Assembly: GCA_963668695.2 (NCBI GenBank)
Contig: CAXXLQ010000004.1
Location: 544,001 to 608,000 of the forward strand
Origin: Vicinamibacteria bacterium
GTDB lineage: Bacteria; Acidobacteriota; Vicinamibacteria; Marinacidobacterales; Marinacidobacteraceae
Reading direction: 5' to 3'
Length of the DNA stretch: 64,000 nucleotides
Shown: positions 22,472 to 32,273 of the stretch, piece by piece
How the letters are laid out: each line of letters starts with the position of its first letter
Numbering within the stretch: position 1 is the first letter of the stretch
The notes under the pieces: model-generated
What the model was told of the DNA's origin: nothing
The model's input: only the letters and a program-made list of their open reading frames with translations
Database searches by the model: none
Program-made: the position numbers and the translations under genes

Positions 22472-23884
22472 ATGCAGTACGAGGACGCGCTCGCGTTCCT
22501 CCGGGAACGTGAACAGTTCCACGTCAAGGTAGGTACCCGGAACATCCGGCTGCTCGCCAAGGCGCTCGGCCACCCCGAACGCCGGTTCCCCTCCGTGGTG
22601 GTGGCGGGGACGAACGGGAAGGGGTCCACGGTCGCCATTCTGGACTCGATCCTGCGCGCCCACGGACTGCGGGTGGGACGTTTCACCTCCCCGCATCTCG
22701 TATCCATCAACGAGCGCATCCTGGTGAACGGCCGTCAGCTTCCGAATGAGGAGTTCGCCGACCTGGTGGGGGCGATCGCGTCGGCTGCCCGCGGCCTGCT
22801 TCCGGACCAGCAGCCATCGTTCTTCGAAACGATCACCGGGGCCGCTTTCCTGGCGTTCGCCCGGCACGGGCTCGACGCCGCGGTCTTCGAGGTGGGGATG
22901 GGCGGACGCTGGGACGCCACTACCGCGACCGACGCTCCGCTCGGCCTCGTGACCCGCATCGCGCTCGATCACGAACGCTATCTCGGTCGCACCGTCGCCG
23001 AGATCGCCGGCGAAAAAGGGGCGGTGGCCCGTCCCGGGGGAGAACTGCTGATCGCCCCGCAGGAACCGGAGGCCGCCGCGGTGCTCCACGAGAGCGCCCG
23101 TAAGCGGGGCGCCCGTCCGCGGGACCTGGCCGTCGAAACCGAGACCGACTTCACGATCCTCCGTGCCGGAGCGACGGGTCGGCTCCTTACGCCCGAAGCC
23201 ACTTACGACGATCTCTGGCTCCCGCTCCCGGGGCGCCACCAACTCGACAATCTGGCGCTCGCGGTCCGGGGGGCGGAACGGTTCTTCGCGCGCGAGGAAC
23301 TGGGAACGCTCGACCCCGTGCGGGTCCGTCAGGGCGTCTCCGCGGTCCGCTGGCCGGGCCGGCTCGAGTGGTTGCCCCGAGAGGGCGCTCGTCCACGCGT
23401 GCTCCTCGATGCCGCCCACAATCCCAGCGGCGCCGAGCGGCTGGCCGACTACCTGGGTTCCCTCGGCCGGAACGGCCGGCGGGTGCTGGTCTTCGGAGCG
23501 ATGCGCGACAAACGCGTCGAGGGGATGTTGCCCCCCCTGGCGCCGCACTTCCAGCGGGTGGTGCTGACCGCCGCCGCCAACCGCCGGGCCCTCTCCGCCG
23601 CTGACCTGCGAGTGCGAGCAACCAGCGAAGCGGTGTTTTCCGCGAACGGAACCCGCTGCGAGGCCGTGGAGCAGGTCCCGGACGCGCTCGCGCGCGCCTT
23701 CCGGCTCGCCGGTGAGTCAGGCGAGGTCGTGATCGCCGGATCCATCTACCTCCTCGGGGACGCTCTCAAGACGCTGCGATCGGAGGAAGGCGACGGCATT
23801 GACCAGAGCGTGATCGAGATGCCGGTGGTCCCGACGGATCGGGTCAGCCAGGCGGGAACCGATCGACAGACCTCAGCGGCCTGA
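22472..23884 (+). CDS. folC: folylpolyglutamate synthase/dihydrofolate synthase
   Basis: VAGTNGKGS, FTSPHL..NERI, EVGMGGR.DAT, WPGR, DAAHNP, GSIYL.G. Confidence 0.95.
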   Translation: MQYEDALAFLREREQFHVKVGTRNIRLLAKALGHPERRFPSVVVAGTNGKGSTVAILDSILRAHGLRVGRFTSPHLVSINERILVNGRQLPNEEFADLVGAIASAARGLLPDQQPSFFETITGAAFLAFARHGLDAAVFEVGMGGRWDATTATDAPLGLVTRIALDHERYLGRTVAEIAGEKGAVARPGGELLIAPQEPEAAAVLHESARKRGARPRDLAVETETDFTILRAGATGRLLTPEATYDDLWLPLPGRHQLDNLALAVRGAERFFAREELGTLDPVRVRQGVSAVRWPGRLEWLPREGARPRVLLDAAHNPSGAERLADYLGSLGRNGRRVLVFGAMRDKRVEGMLPPLAPHFQRVVLTAAANRRALSAADLRVRATSEAVFSANGTRCEAVEQVPDALARAFRLAGESGEVVIAGSIYLLGDALKTLRSEEGDGIDQSVIEMPVVPTDRVSQAGTDRQTSAA

Positions 23885-23929
23885 CCGCCGTACACTCCCC
23901 GCGCCTGAACCGCCCGTGTTCTCCATCTG

Positions 23930-25699
23930 ATGCGCCTTTCCCACCATTTCGGCCTCACGCTCCGTGAAGCGCCGGCCGGCATTGAAGCCGAGAGCCACCG
24001 GTTCCTGCTGCGGGCCGGTTTCATCCGGCAACTCGGGCAGGGTCTGTATTCCTACCTGCCGCTCGCGCACCGATCCATCACCCGGATCGAGAACATCCTG
24101 CGCGAGGAAATGAACCGGATCGGCGGGCAGGAAATGACCATGCCGGTCGTCCACCCGGCCGAAATCTGGCGCCGGTCGGGTCGCTACGACGCCGTCGGCC
24201 CCGAAATGGCGCGGTTCAAGGACCGGAAGAACAGTGACCTCGTCCTCGCCATGACCCACGAGGAGGTGGTGGCCGACCTCTGCCGGACCGAAATCCGTTC
24301 CCACCGGCAGCTTCCGCAGCTCGTCTACCACATCCAGACCAAGTTCCGGGACGACCCCCGCCCCCGGGCCGGACTCATCCGGGTCCGCGAGTTCACCATG
24401 AAGGACTCCTACACCCTCGACCACGACGCCGCGGGTCTGGCTCGGCAGTACCGCGCCCACTACGAGGCGTACTTCCGCATCTTCGGCCGGTGCGGACTGC
24501 CCACCATCGCCGTCGGCTCCGACGTCGGGATGATGGGTGGCAGCCAGGCGCACGAGTTCATGTACCTCACGCCGGTGGGCGAGGACACCCTGGTGCTCTG
24601 CGACGCCTGCGGCTATTCCGCCAACCGCCAGATCGCCCGCTTCTCGAAGGCGCCGGCGGAACCCGAAACGCCGCTTCCCCTCGAACGGGTCGCGACGCCG
24701 GGAGCCCGGACGATCCGCGAGCTGGCGGAGTTCCTCAAGGTCCCGGCGGCGCGGACCGCGAAGGCCGTGTTCCTCACCGCCGGCCTCGACGGCGGCGCCC
24801 GCGAGGAACTGGTGGTCGCCATCGTCCGCGGCGACATGGACGTCAACGAGACGAAGCTCGCGAACGCGGTCGAGGCTTCCTGGCTCCGTCCGGCGGAGGA
24901 CGAGGCGATCCGGAGCGCCGGCGCTACCCCGGGATACGCCTCCCCGATCGGGCTCAGCTCGGGCACGGTGGTGGTGGACGATGGGGTCCCGGCATCACCG
25001 AACCTGGTGGCGGGGGCGAACGAGCAGGACGTGCACTTCCGGAACGTGAACGCGGGACGGGACTACGACCCCGGACTGGTAACCGACATCGCGGTGGCGG
25101 AGGACGGCCATTCCTGCGTGGAATGCGGAGAGCCGCTCCGCACTTCCCGCGGCGTCGAGGTCGGCAATATCTTCCAGCTCGGCACCCGCTACGGGGACGC
25201 CGCCGGGGCTCGCTTCCTCGACGAATCGGGAGCCGAACGCCCTATCTGGATGGGCTCCTACGGCATCGGCTCGGGACGCCTGCTGGCATGTGTAGCGGAA
25301 GAACATCACGACGAAAACGGCCTCTGCTGGCCGATGAGCGTCTCTCCCTATGACGTTCACCTCATTCCGCTCGTCGGACGTTCGGCCGAGCAGGATGAAG
25401 CCGGACGGCAGGCGGAACGACTGCACGACAGTCTTGAGGAAGCGGGATTCGAAGTACTGCTCGACGACCGGGACGAGCGCGCGGGGGTGAAGTTCGCGGA
25501 CGCCGATCTGATCGGGATTCCGCTGCGGGTGGTGATCTCCCGCCGGTCCCTGGACCGGGGCGGCGTGGAAGTTCGGGTGCGGGGAGGGGAATCCGCGGAA
25601 ATCGTGCCGCTGGAGCACCTCGCGGAAGCCCTCGCATCACGCCGGGCGGAACTCCTGGGCCGCATCGAGGCAGCGGTCCGGATCCCGGAATTCGGCTGA
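23930..25699 (+). CDS. proS: proline--tRNA ligase (with editing domain)
   Basis: THEE, QTKFRD.PRPR.GLIR.REF.MKD.Y, EVGNIF.LG, GVKF.DADLIGIP. Confidence 0.96.
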   Translation: MRLSHHFGLTLREAPAGIEAESHRFLLRAGFIRQLGQGLYSYLPLAHRSITRIENILREEMNRIGGQEMTMPVVHPAEIWRRSGRYDAVGPEMARFKDRKNSDLVLAMTHEEVVADLCRTEIRSHRQLPQLVYHIQTKFRDDPRPRAGLIRVREFTMKDSYTLDHDAAGLARQYRAHYEAYFRIFGRCGLPTIAVGSDVGMMGGSQAHEFMYLTPVGEDTLVLCDACGYSANRQIARFSKAPAEPETPLPLERVATPGARTIRELAEFLKVPAARTAKAVFLTAGLDGGAREELVVAIVRGDMDVNETKLANAVEASWLRPAEDEAIRSAGATPGYASPIGLSSGTVVVDDGVPASPNLVAGANEQDVHFRNVNAGRDYDPGLVTDIAVAEDGHSCVECGEPLRTSRGVEVGNIFQLGTRYGDAAGARFLDESGAERPIWMGSYGIGSGRLLACVAEEHHDENGLCWPMSVSPYDVHLIPLVGRSAEQDEAGRQAERLHDSLEEAGFEVLLDDRDERAGVKFADADLIGIPLRVVISRRSLDRGGVEVRVRGGESAEIVPLEHLAEALASRRAELLGRIEAAVRIPEFG

Positions 25700-25714
25700 C
25701 GTACGGAGGGTTAA

Positions 25715-25893
25715 CAGCCTGTGGATAAAGTGACGTGAGCACCGAGGCCGGTGAGGCGCCCGGCTGACAAGGCGCGCGAGGGAGGAATACCGAGTGTATT
25801 TCGACCGATGTGCAACGCAGAGCGTCGCGAAGCGGCGCGGTTCAGCCGGGATGCATCGCCGGTCGAATGCCGCGTGACTTTGTCCACAGGCTG
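25715..25893. mobile_element. MITE family A copy 6, minimal cassette-free form (179 bp)
   Basis: TIR CAGCCTGTGGA.AAAGT.ACG; flanks TTAA / TTAG; no 19-nt cassette. Confidence 0.88.
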
Positions 25894-25908
25894 TTAGCAG
25901 GGCAGCCA

Positions 25909-27324
25909 GTGCTCCAACCCGTTTCCGTCCCGCTGATCGTCCTCGCACTGCTTTCGGCCGGCTGCCTCTACGGACTGATCGTTCGACCTCTCTGGCAGCG
26001 GCGCCGAGAGCGGCGGAACTCCTACGCGTTCCACGACGCGCAGGGCCGGCTGGCCATCCAGCCTTCGGCGTTCCAGCTCCTGAAACCAACGAGCACCGCC
26101 GACCTGCTGATGGTGGACCCGCTCGTTCAGGAAGCGATCCTCCAGGAGACCGAGCGGAGCGGTACCGACCCGTGCGACGTGCTGGTGCAGGCGCGGGGTT
26201 ACGCCCGGGAGATCGTTCCGTCGCTGAGCGCCGGCTTCTACTTCCGCCTCATCCACGGACCCGTGAAGCGATGGATGCTCCGGCTCTTCCGGGTCCGGGT
26301 GCGGTACCTGGACGAGGAAGCGATCGTGCGGGCGGCCAGAACCTCAACGCCGGTCTTTGTCCTGAATCACCGCAGCAATCTCGACTACGTGATCGCCGCC
26401 ACTTCGCTCGCCGACCGGGCCATCCTCTCGTTCGCGGTGGGCGAATGGGCGCGTTACTGGCCGCTTGAAGGGCTGCTCCGCGCCCTCGGCGGCTTCTTCG
26501 TCCGACGGGGGTCGGGCAATCCGCTCTACCGGGCCGTCCTCGCCGCCCACGTCAAGACCGCGACTCGCGCCGGAGTCCCGCAGGCGTTCTTCATCGAGGG
26601 CCGCTTTTCCGATGACGGGAGGCTGGGGAGTCCCCGCCTCGGCCTGCTCGACTACGCCGTCCGGGCCTTCGATCCGGAGTCGCGGCGCGATGTGGCGTTC
26701 GTCCCGGTGGCGGTGAACTACGACCGGGTCATCGAGGACAAGAACCTCCAGATCATGAAGGCTCAGGGCAAACGCGCCACCCGGACCGGATCGTGGCGAG
26801 CTACCGCCGCCTTTCTCGGCCACCAGCTCTGGCTGCGCCTCAACCGCCGCTGGCGGCCCTTCGGCTACGCCACCCTCAGCGTGGGCGAACCGGTATCGCT
26901 CAGGGACTGGCTCGCGAGCCGGGACTTCGACCCCCGGGAAGCCGACCGCGGGGAACGCTTCCAGGAGGTCGGATGTCTCGCCGAACACCTCATGCGGCGC
27001 ATCGCCGAAATCATGCCGGTGCTGCCGGTCCCGCTGATGGCGACGGTGATCCGGAACGGGGGAGAGGAGGGAATCACGCGGGCCGAGGCGCGCGCCGCCG
27101 CCTTCAAAATCCTCGAGACGCTCGCGGTCCGCCCCGGCGAGCCGGACATCCCTCCCGAGGATTGGGAGCCGGCGGTCGAACTTGGGCTCCAGCTCCTGAT
27201 CCAGCGGCAGATGGTGAAAGCCGAGCGGGAAAGGCTCACCATCGTCGAGCCGCGCCGCCACTTCGTGAACTACTACGCGAACAGCATCGCGCACCTGGTG
27301 CCCGAACGGGCCGGGGTTCCGTAG
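25909..27324 (+). CDS. glycerol-3-phosphate/phospholipid acyltransferase (PlsB/PlsC-like)
   Basis: NHRSNLDY (HX4D), GGFFVRR, FFIEG..S..G, FVPV..NYDRV. Confidence 0.85.
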   Translation: MLQPVSVPLIVLALLSAGCLYGLIVRPLWQRRRERRNSYAFHDAQGRLAIQPSAFQLLKPTSTADLLMVDPLVQEAILQETERSGTDPCDVLVQARGYAREIVPSLSAGFYFRLIHGPVKRWMLRLFRVRVRYLDEEAIVRAARTSTPVFVLNHRSNLDYVIAATSLADRAILSFAVGEWARYWPLEGLLRALGGFFVRRGSGNPLYRAVLAAHVKTATRAGVPQAFFIEGRFSDDGRLGSPRLGLLDYAVRAFDPESRRDVAFVPVAVNYDRVIEDKNLQIMKAQGKRATRTGSWRATAAFLGHQLWLRLNRRWRPFGYATLSVGEPVSLRDWLASRDFDPREADRGERFQEVGCLAEHLMRRIAEIMPVLPVPLMATVIRNGGEEGITRAEARAAAFKILETLAVRPGEPDIPPEDWEPAVELGLQLLIQRQMVKAERERLTIVEPRRHFVNYYANSIAHLVPERAGVP

Positions 27325-27349
27325 GAATCCCGCCGAGTTTGGGGCGGCT

Positions 27350-28582
27350 TCAGGGAAGCCTCATCCTTGGCAGTCGCCCGTAGGTGAGCGTCCGCCACGC
27401 CCATTCCAGCGGCCCGTAGGAAAACCGGCGCAGCCAGATCGGCGACAGCCACAACTGGAGCGCCCACACCGCGAAGACGACCAGGAGCTGCTGGTACCTC
27501 TCCACGCGGCCGTAAAGACCCAGCCCGTGGCCGTAGAAGATCGAGGTGCAGAGCACCGTCTGGAGCAGGTAGTTCGTGAAGGCCATCCGTCCGACCGCGG
27601 CCAACCGCGCCTGGAGGTCCGGGAGGATTCCCCGCCGGACGGCGAGCATCACCAGGCCCAGATACCCGAGCGCCATCGGGACACATCCCCACGTGTTGAA
27701 CAGCTCACCGAAGAACATCGAGCGCTGCCAGCTCCAGTCGCCGGCAAAGTTCCACCAGATGCCGAAAGCGACGAGCGGCGCGCCGGCGAGCAGTCCAACC
27801 GCGGTGAGTCTCCGGTAGAAGCGATCGTCCTTCGCGGCGCTCAGGACTCCCCATTTGTAGAGCGCCATGCCGATCAGCATCAGGCCGCCGCAGAACCAGA
27901 GGACGAAGAACGGCACCGTGCCGAGATGGATGCCGAGCGCCTGCTCCATCCGCAGCGGCTGCTGCCCGCTCCACCCGCCTCGGTAAGCCGCGATCTCGGC
28001 GTCGAGTGCGGACGAATCCGGCGCCCACTCCATCTCGACCTCCTGGGTTACCTCCTCCGGAAGGCCCGGAACCAGCAGGGCGGCGCCGACAAGCAGAAAC
28101 ACCAGGCTCGTCACCGAGAAGAGCGCCGACCCGGCGACCAGCAGCGTCCGCGGCCGCCAGCGGCGCGCCAGATACACCAGACAACCGCAGACCGCGTACG
28201 GCACCAGGATGTCGCCGACCCAGAGGAGGTAAGCGTGGGCCAGTCCGAACGCCAGCAGCCAACCCATGCGGCGGTAGTGCCAGACCGCCGGCCGCCCGCC
28301 CCGGGCCTCGATCCGGTCGGCGAAGAGACAGATTCCGGCGCCGAACAGAAGGGAAAAGAGCGTGAGGAACTTCTGGCTGGCGAGCAGTTGACTCAGGGTC
28401 CAGACGCCAAGGTTGATCCCCGAGAGGTCGCCCCAGGCCGTCGGGTTGCCGTACGCCGCGATCGGCATCGCGAAGAGCTGGATGTTCATCACCAGGATGC
28501 CGAGCAGCGCGAAGCCGCGCAGCACGTCCAGGCTCTTGATCCGGGAGCCGACTTCGGTCGGCTTCGCCGGAGGGTCGCTCAC
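27350..28582 (-). CDS. DUF418 domain membrane protein
   Basis: RI.SLD.LRGFALLGIL.MNI, GDIL..YA, GRMAFTNYL.Q, GPLEW.WR. Confidence 0.9.
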   Translation of the reverse strand: MSDPPAKPTEVGSRIKSLDVLRGFALLGILVMNIQLFAMPIAAYGNPTAWGDLSGINLGVWTLSQLLASQKFLTLFSLLFGAGICLFADRIEARGGRPAVWHYRRMGWLLAFGLAHAYLLWVGDILVPYAVCGCLVYLARRWRPRTLLVAGSALFSVTSLVFLLVGAALLVPGLPEEVTQEVEMEWAPDSSALDAEIAAYRGGWSGQQPLRMEQALGIHLGTVPFFVLWFCGGLMLIGMALYKWGVLSAAKDDRFYRRLTAVGLLAGAPLVAFGIWWNFAGDWSWQRSMFFGELFNTWGCVPMALGYLGLVMLAVRRGILPDLQARLAAVGRMAFTNYLLQTVLCTSIFYGHGLGLYGRVERYQQLLVVFAVWALQLWLSPIWLRRFSYGPLEWAWRTLTYGRLPRMRLP

Positions 28583-28583
28583 A

Positions 28584-29270
28584 TCAGGTTTCTGAGGAGT
28601 CCGCCCGCTGGACGCCGCGATAGAGCCAGGCGGCAAACGGAGTCGCGATCGCCGCCCCGAGGATCTCCATCAGCACGAACGCCGGGGCGTCGAGCGGACG
28701 GATCCCGCAGAAGGTGTCGGTGAAGCTCCGCGCCAGGGTGACCGCCGGATTCGCGAAGGAAGTGGAGGCGGTGAACCAGCAGGCCGCGAAGATGTAAATC
28801 CCTACGGCCGCCGCCACCGCCTGTGGGCGGACCTTGATGCAGCCGAAGATGGTCAGGATCAGACCGAAGGTGGCTACGACTTCCGAGACCCACTGGCCGG
28901 GACCGGTGCGGACCTGGGTCGCGACCTGAATGAGCGGCAGGTCGAACATCAGGTGCGTCACGAGCATTCCGACAAGGCCGCCGGCCGCCTGCACCACGAC
29001 GTAGAGCCCGGCGTCCCGCCCGGAGATCTCCCGCCGGAGCAGGAATGCCAGGGTGACGGCGGGATTGATGTGACAACCCGACACCGGGGCGAACAGCCAG
29101 ATGAGGACGACGAGAGCGGCGCCGATGGCGGCAGTGCAGCCGATGAGCGCGACGCCATCGTTCCCGGCCGACAGGTTGTCGGCCATGATGCCGGAACCGA
29201 TGATTGCGACGAGCAGCCCCGCGGTCCCGAGGAACTCGGCGGCGAGGCGCCGGGTCAGCATGGGAATCAC
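28584..29270 (-). CDS. MIP/aquaporin family channel (AqpS-like)
   Basis: AEF.GT, SG.H.NPAVT, WFTASTSFANPAVT. Confidence 0.9.
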   Translation of the reverse strand: MIPMLTRRLAAEFLGTAGLLVAIIGSGIMADNLSAGNDGVALIGCTAAIGAALVVLIWLFAPVSGCHINPAVTLAFLLRREISGRDAGLYVVVQAAGGLVGMLVTHLMFDLPLIQVATQVRTGPGQWVSEVVATFGLILTIFGCIKVRPQAVAAAVGIYIFAACWFTASTSFANPAVTLARSFTDTFCGIRPLDAPAFVLMEILGAAIATPFAAWLYRGVQRADSSET

Positions 29271-29316
29271 TCCGGCCGGATGGCAGTCCCGGAGCCCGGC
29301 GCGTCCGCGGGAGGAA

Positions 29317-30240
29317 TCAGCCGAGCAGGCTCAGATCGGCACGCCCGTCGCGGATCGGGGGACACCAGAAGTACGCGCCGGTCACCGGCCTCGTGAACCG
29401 GAACAGGTGATCCACGATCCGGTCCGAAGCCCCGACCATCCGGGAGAGGTGGTATTCGAAAGCGTCGAGCGTGTTGCCGAAGGCTACGAACACGAGACCG
29501 GCCCGCTGCGCGTCCGCCCAGGGCATGGAGCGGCGGAGCAGAAAGGCGGGCGGGTCGGGGGCTTCCTGTTCGGTGCGTTTCACGTGGGCCGCGTCCGGCC
29601 CGTCCTCGAGTTCCACATTGTCGCTCTTTCGCCGGCCGATGATGTGGTCTTGTGTCTGCGAGGAAAAGGATTCGAAGCGGTCGAGGTCGTGGACCCACTG
29701 CTGCACCGCCACGAAGGAGGACCCGTCGAGCCCGGGGCCGTGGCCGGCGACCAGCGCCGCCTCCGCGGCGTCATCTCCCTTCGGGTTCTCGGTTCCGTCC
29801 TCGTAGCCGGTGAGATCGAGGCCGGTCCGGTAGCGAAAGGCGTCCACCACCGAGTCCAGGACGAAGGCGCCGGAAAGCGCCTTTTCCACCCGGCGCGTCT
29901 CGTGGACGAGTTCGCCCCGTTCCTCGGCCCGGAGCCAGAGCCAGAGTTCGGCCGGGGTCGCAGGAACGCTGAATCCGGGTCCGCTGGACGCCGGGACGTC
30001 CCGAAGTCCGGGGACCGCGGCCCCCAGCTCGCGCACCAGCGACTGGCCCAGGCCGAAGACGAGCGGCAGTCCGGGATGGGGATCGGCGAGCCGCTCGAGG
30101 GCTTCGCGCGGGCTGGGCGCCGAGGGGCGGCGGCGGAAGGTGAGGTAGCGCGCGTGGGACGGGATTTCGGCCAGCACGCCGGGCTGGGGAAGGGACGACT
30201 GCGATCCGGATTGGGGTCCCCTGTTCATTCGTTCGTTCAT
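29317..30240 (-). CDS. Dyp-type peroxidase
   Basis: DLTGY.DGTENP, Q.W.HDL, IIGR, AHV, LLRRS.PW. Confidence 0.92.
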   Translation of the reverse strand: MNERMNRGPQSGSQSSLPQPGVLAEIPSHARYLTFRRRPSAPSPREALERLADPHPGLPLVFGLGQSLVRELGAAVPGLRDVPASSGPGFSVPATPAELWLWLRAEERGELVHETRRVEKALSGAFVLDSVVDAFRYRTGLDLTGYEDGTENPKGDDAAEAALVAGHGPGLDGSSFVAVQQWVHDLDRFESFSSQTQDHIIGRRKSDNVELEDGPDAAHVKRTEQEAPDPPAFLLRRSMPWADAQRAGLVFVAFGNTLDAFEYHLSRMVGASDRIVDHLFRFTRPVTGAYFWCPPIRDGRADLSLLG

Positions 30241-30311
30241 TCTCTTGTTCAAAGAAAGGTAGCGTGCTGACTACGCTCGGGTCTCTCGCGACGGCGTCCG
30301 TCGGCTGGACG

Positions 30312-32072
30312 AACATGTCGCTCTAGCGGAGTCTCCCGACCCGAACATGTCGCTCTAGCGAAGCCGGCCGGAATCAACATGTCGCTCTAACAGGGTCTCC
30401 CGCCCCGAACATGTCGCTCTAGCGAAGCCGGCCGGAATCAACATGTCGCTCTAGCAGGGTCTCCCGACCCGAACATGTCGCTCTAGCGAAGCCGGCCGGA
30501 ATCAACATGTCGCTCTAGCGGGGTCTCCCGCCCCGAACATGTCGCTCTAGCGAAGCCGGCCGGGATCAACATGTCGCTCTAGCGGGTCTCCCGACCCGAA
30601 CATGTCGCTCTAGCGAAGCCGGCCGGAATCAACATGTCGCTCTAGCGGGTCTCCCGCCCCGAACATGTCGCTCTAGCGAAGCCGGCCGGAATCAACATGT
30701 CGCTCTAGCGGGGTCTCCCGCCCCGAACATGTCGCTCTAGCGAAGCCGGCCGGAATCAACATGTCGCTCTAGCGGGTCTCCCGACCCGAACATGTCGCTC
30801 TAGCGAAGCCGGCCGGAATCAACATGTCGCTCTAGCGGGTCTCCCGACCCGAACATGTCGCTCTAGCGAAGCCGGCCGGAATCAACATGTCGCTCTAGCG
30901 GGTCTCCCGACCCGAACATGTCGCTCTAGCGAAGCCGGCCGGAGTCAACATGTCGCTCTAGCGGGTCTCCCGCCCCGAACATGTCGCTCTAGCGAAGCCG
31001 GCCGGAATCAACATGTCGCTCTAGCGGGTCTCCCGACCCGAACATGTCGCTCTAGCGAAGCCGGCCGGAATCAACATGTCGCTCTAGCGGGTCTCCCGCC
31101 CCGAACATGTCGCTCTAGCGAAGCCGGCCGGAATCAACATGTCGCTCTAGCGGGGTCTCCCGACCCGAACATGTCGCTCTAGCGAAGCCGGCCGGAATCA
31201 ACATGTCGCTCTAGCGGGGTCTCCCGCCCCGAACATGTCGCTCTAGCGAAGCCGGCCGGAATCAACATGTCGCTCTAGCGGGTCTCCCGCCCCGAACATG
31301 TCGCTCTAGCGAAGCCGGCCGGAATCAACATGTCGCTCTAGCGGGGTCTCCCGCCCCGAACATGTCGCTCTAGCGAAGCCGGCCGGAATCAACATGTCGC
31401 TCTAGCAGGGTCTCCCGCCCCGAACATGTCGCTCTAGCGAAGCCGGCCGGAATCAACATGTCGCTCTAGCGGGGTCTCCCGCCCCGAACATGTCGCTCTA
31501 GCGAAGCCGGCCGGAAGGGTCGCTCTAGCAGGGTCTCCCCCGTCGCTCGCCTCTGGAACGCTTAACATGTCGCTCTAGCGAAGCCGGCCGGAATCAACAT
31601 GTCGCTCTAGCGGGGTCTCCCGCCCCGAACATGTCGCTCTAGCGAAGCCGGCCGGAATCAACATGTCGCTCTAGCCGGGGTCTCCCGCCCCGAACATGTC
31701 GCTCTAGCGAAGCCGGCCGGAATCAACATGTCGCGAACTAGCGAAGCCGGCGGGGGTCTCCCGCCCCGAACATGTCGCTCTAGCGAAGCCGGCCGGAATC
31801 AACATGTCGCTCTAGCGGGTCTCCCGGTCCGAACATGTCGCTCTAGCGAAGCCGGCCGGAATCAACATGTCGCACTAGCGGGGTCTCCCGGTCCGAACAT
31901 GTCGCTCTAGCGAAGCCGGCCGGAATCAACATGTCGCTCTAGCGGGTCTCCCGGCCGAACATGTCGCTCTAAGCGAAGTCGCTCTAGCAGAAACATGTCG
32001 CTCTAGCGAAGGTCTCCCGGCCGGAATCAACATGTCGCACTAGCGGGGTCTCCCGGCGGGGAACATGTCGCA
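30312..32072. repeat. non-coding tandem array: core AACATGTCGCTCTAGC alternating with two fixed spacers, period ~63-64 bp, about 27 units
   Basis: read directly; spacers (G/A)GGGTCTCCCG(A/C)CCCG and GAAGCCGGCCGGAATC; irregular at ~31515-31565, ~31735 and after ~31960. Confidence 0.97.
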
Positions 32073-32273
32073 TTGGGGAAGCGCTCTCGCCCGCATCCGG
32101 CGGGCGGTGCCGGCGTGAATGCCCCCACCGGGAGGACTGGCCGGCGTTCCCAATTCGGCCTTCCCGATTCGGCGGCGCGATCGGGGTGAGGACCGTGGGC
32201 CCGCAGACCCCTTTTGGTCACCAACTGCCCGGAGGTCGGCGGTTCCCTCGCTTCGGTAGAGTCCCTGAACGCC

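Noticed and set aside
29317-30240. Encapsulin cargo DyP
   Set aside because: No C-terminal targeting extension and no encapsulin gene nearby.
30312-32072. CRISPR array
   Set aside because: The 16-bp core is too short, the spacers are two invariant alternating sequences rather than unique ones, and there are no cas genes in the window.
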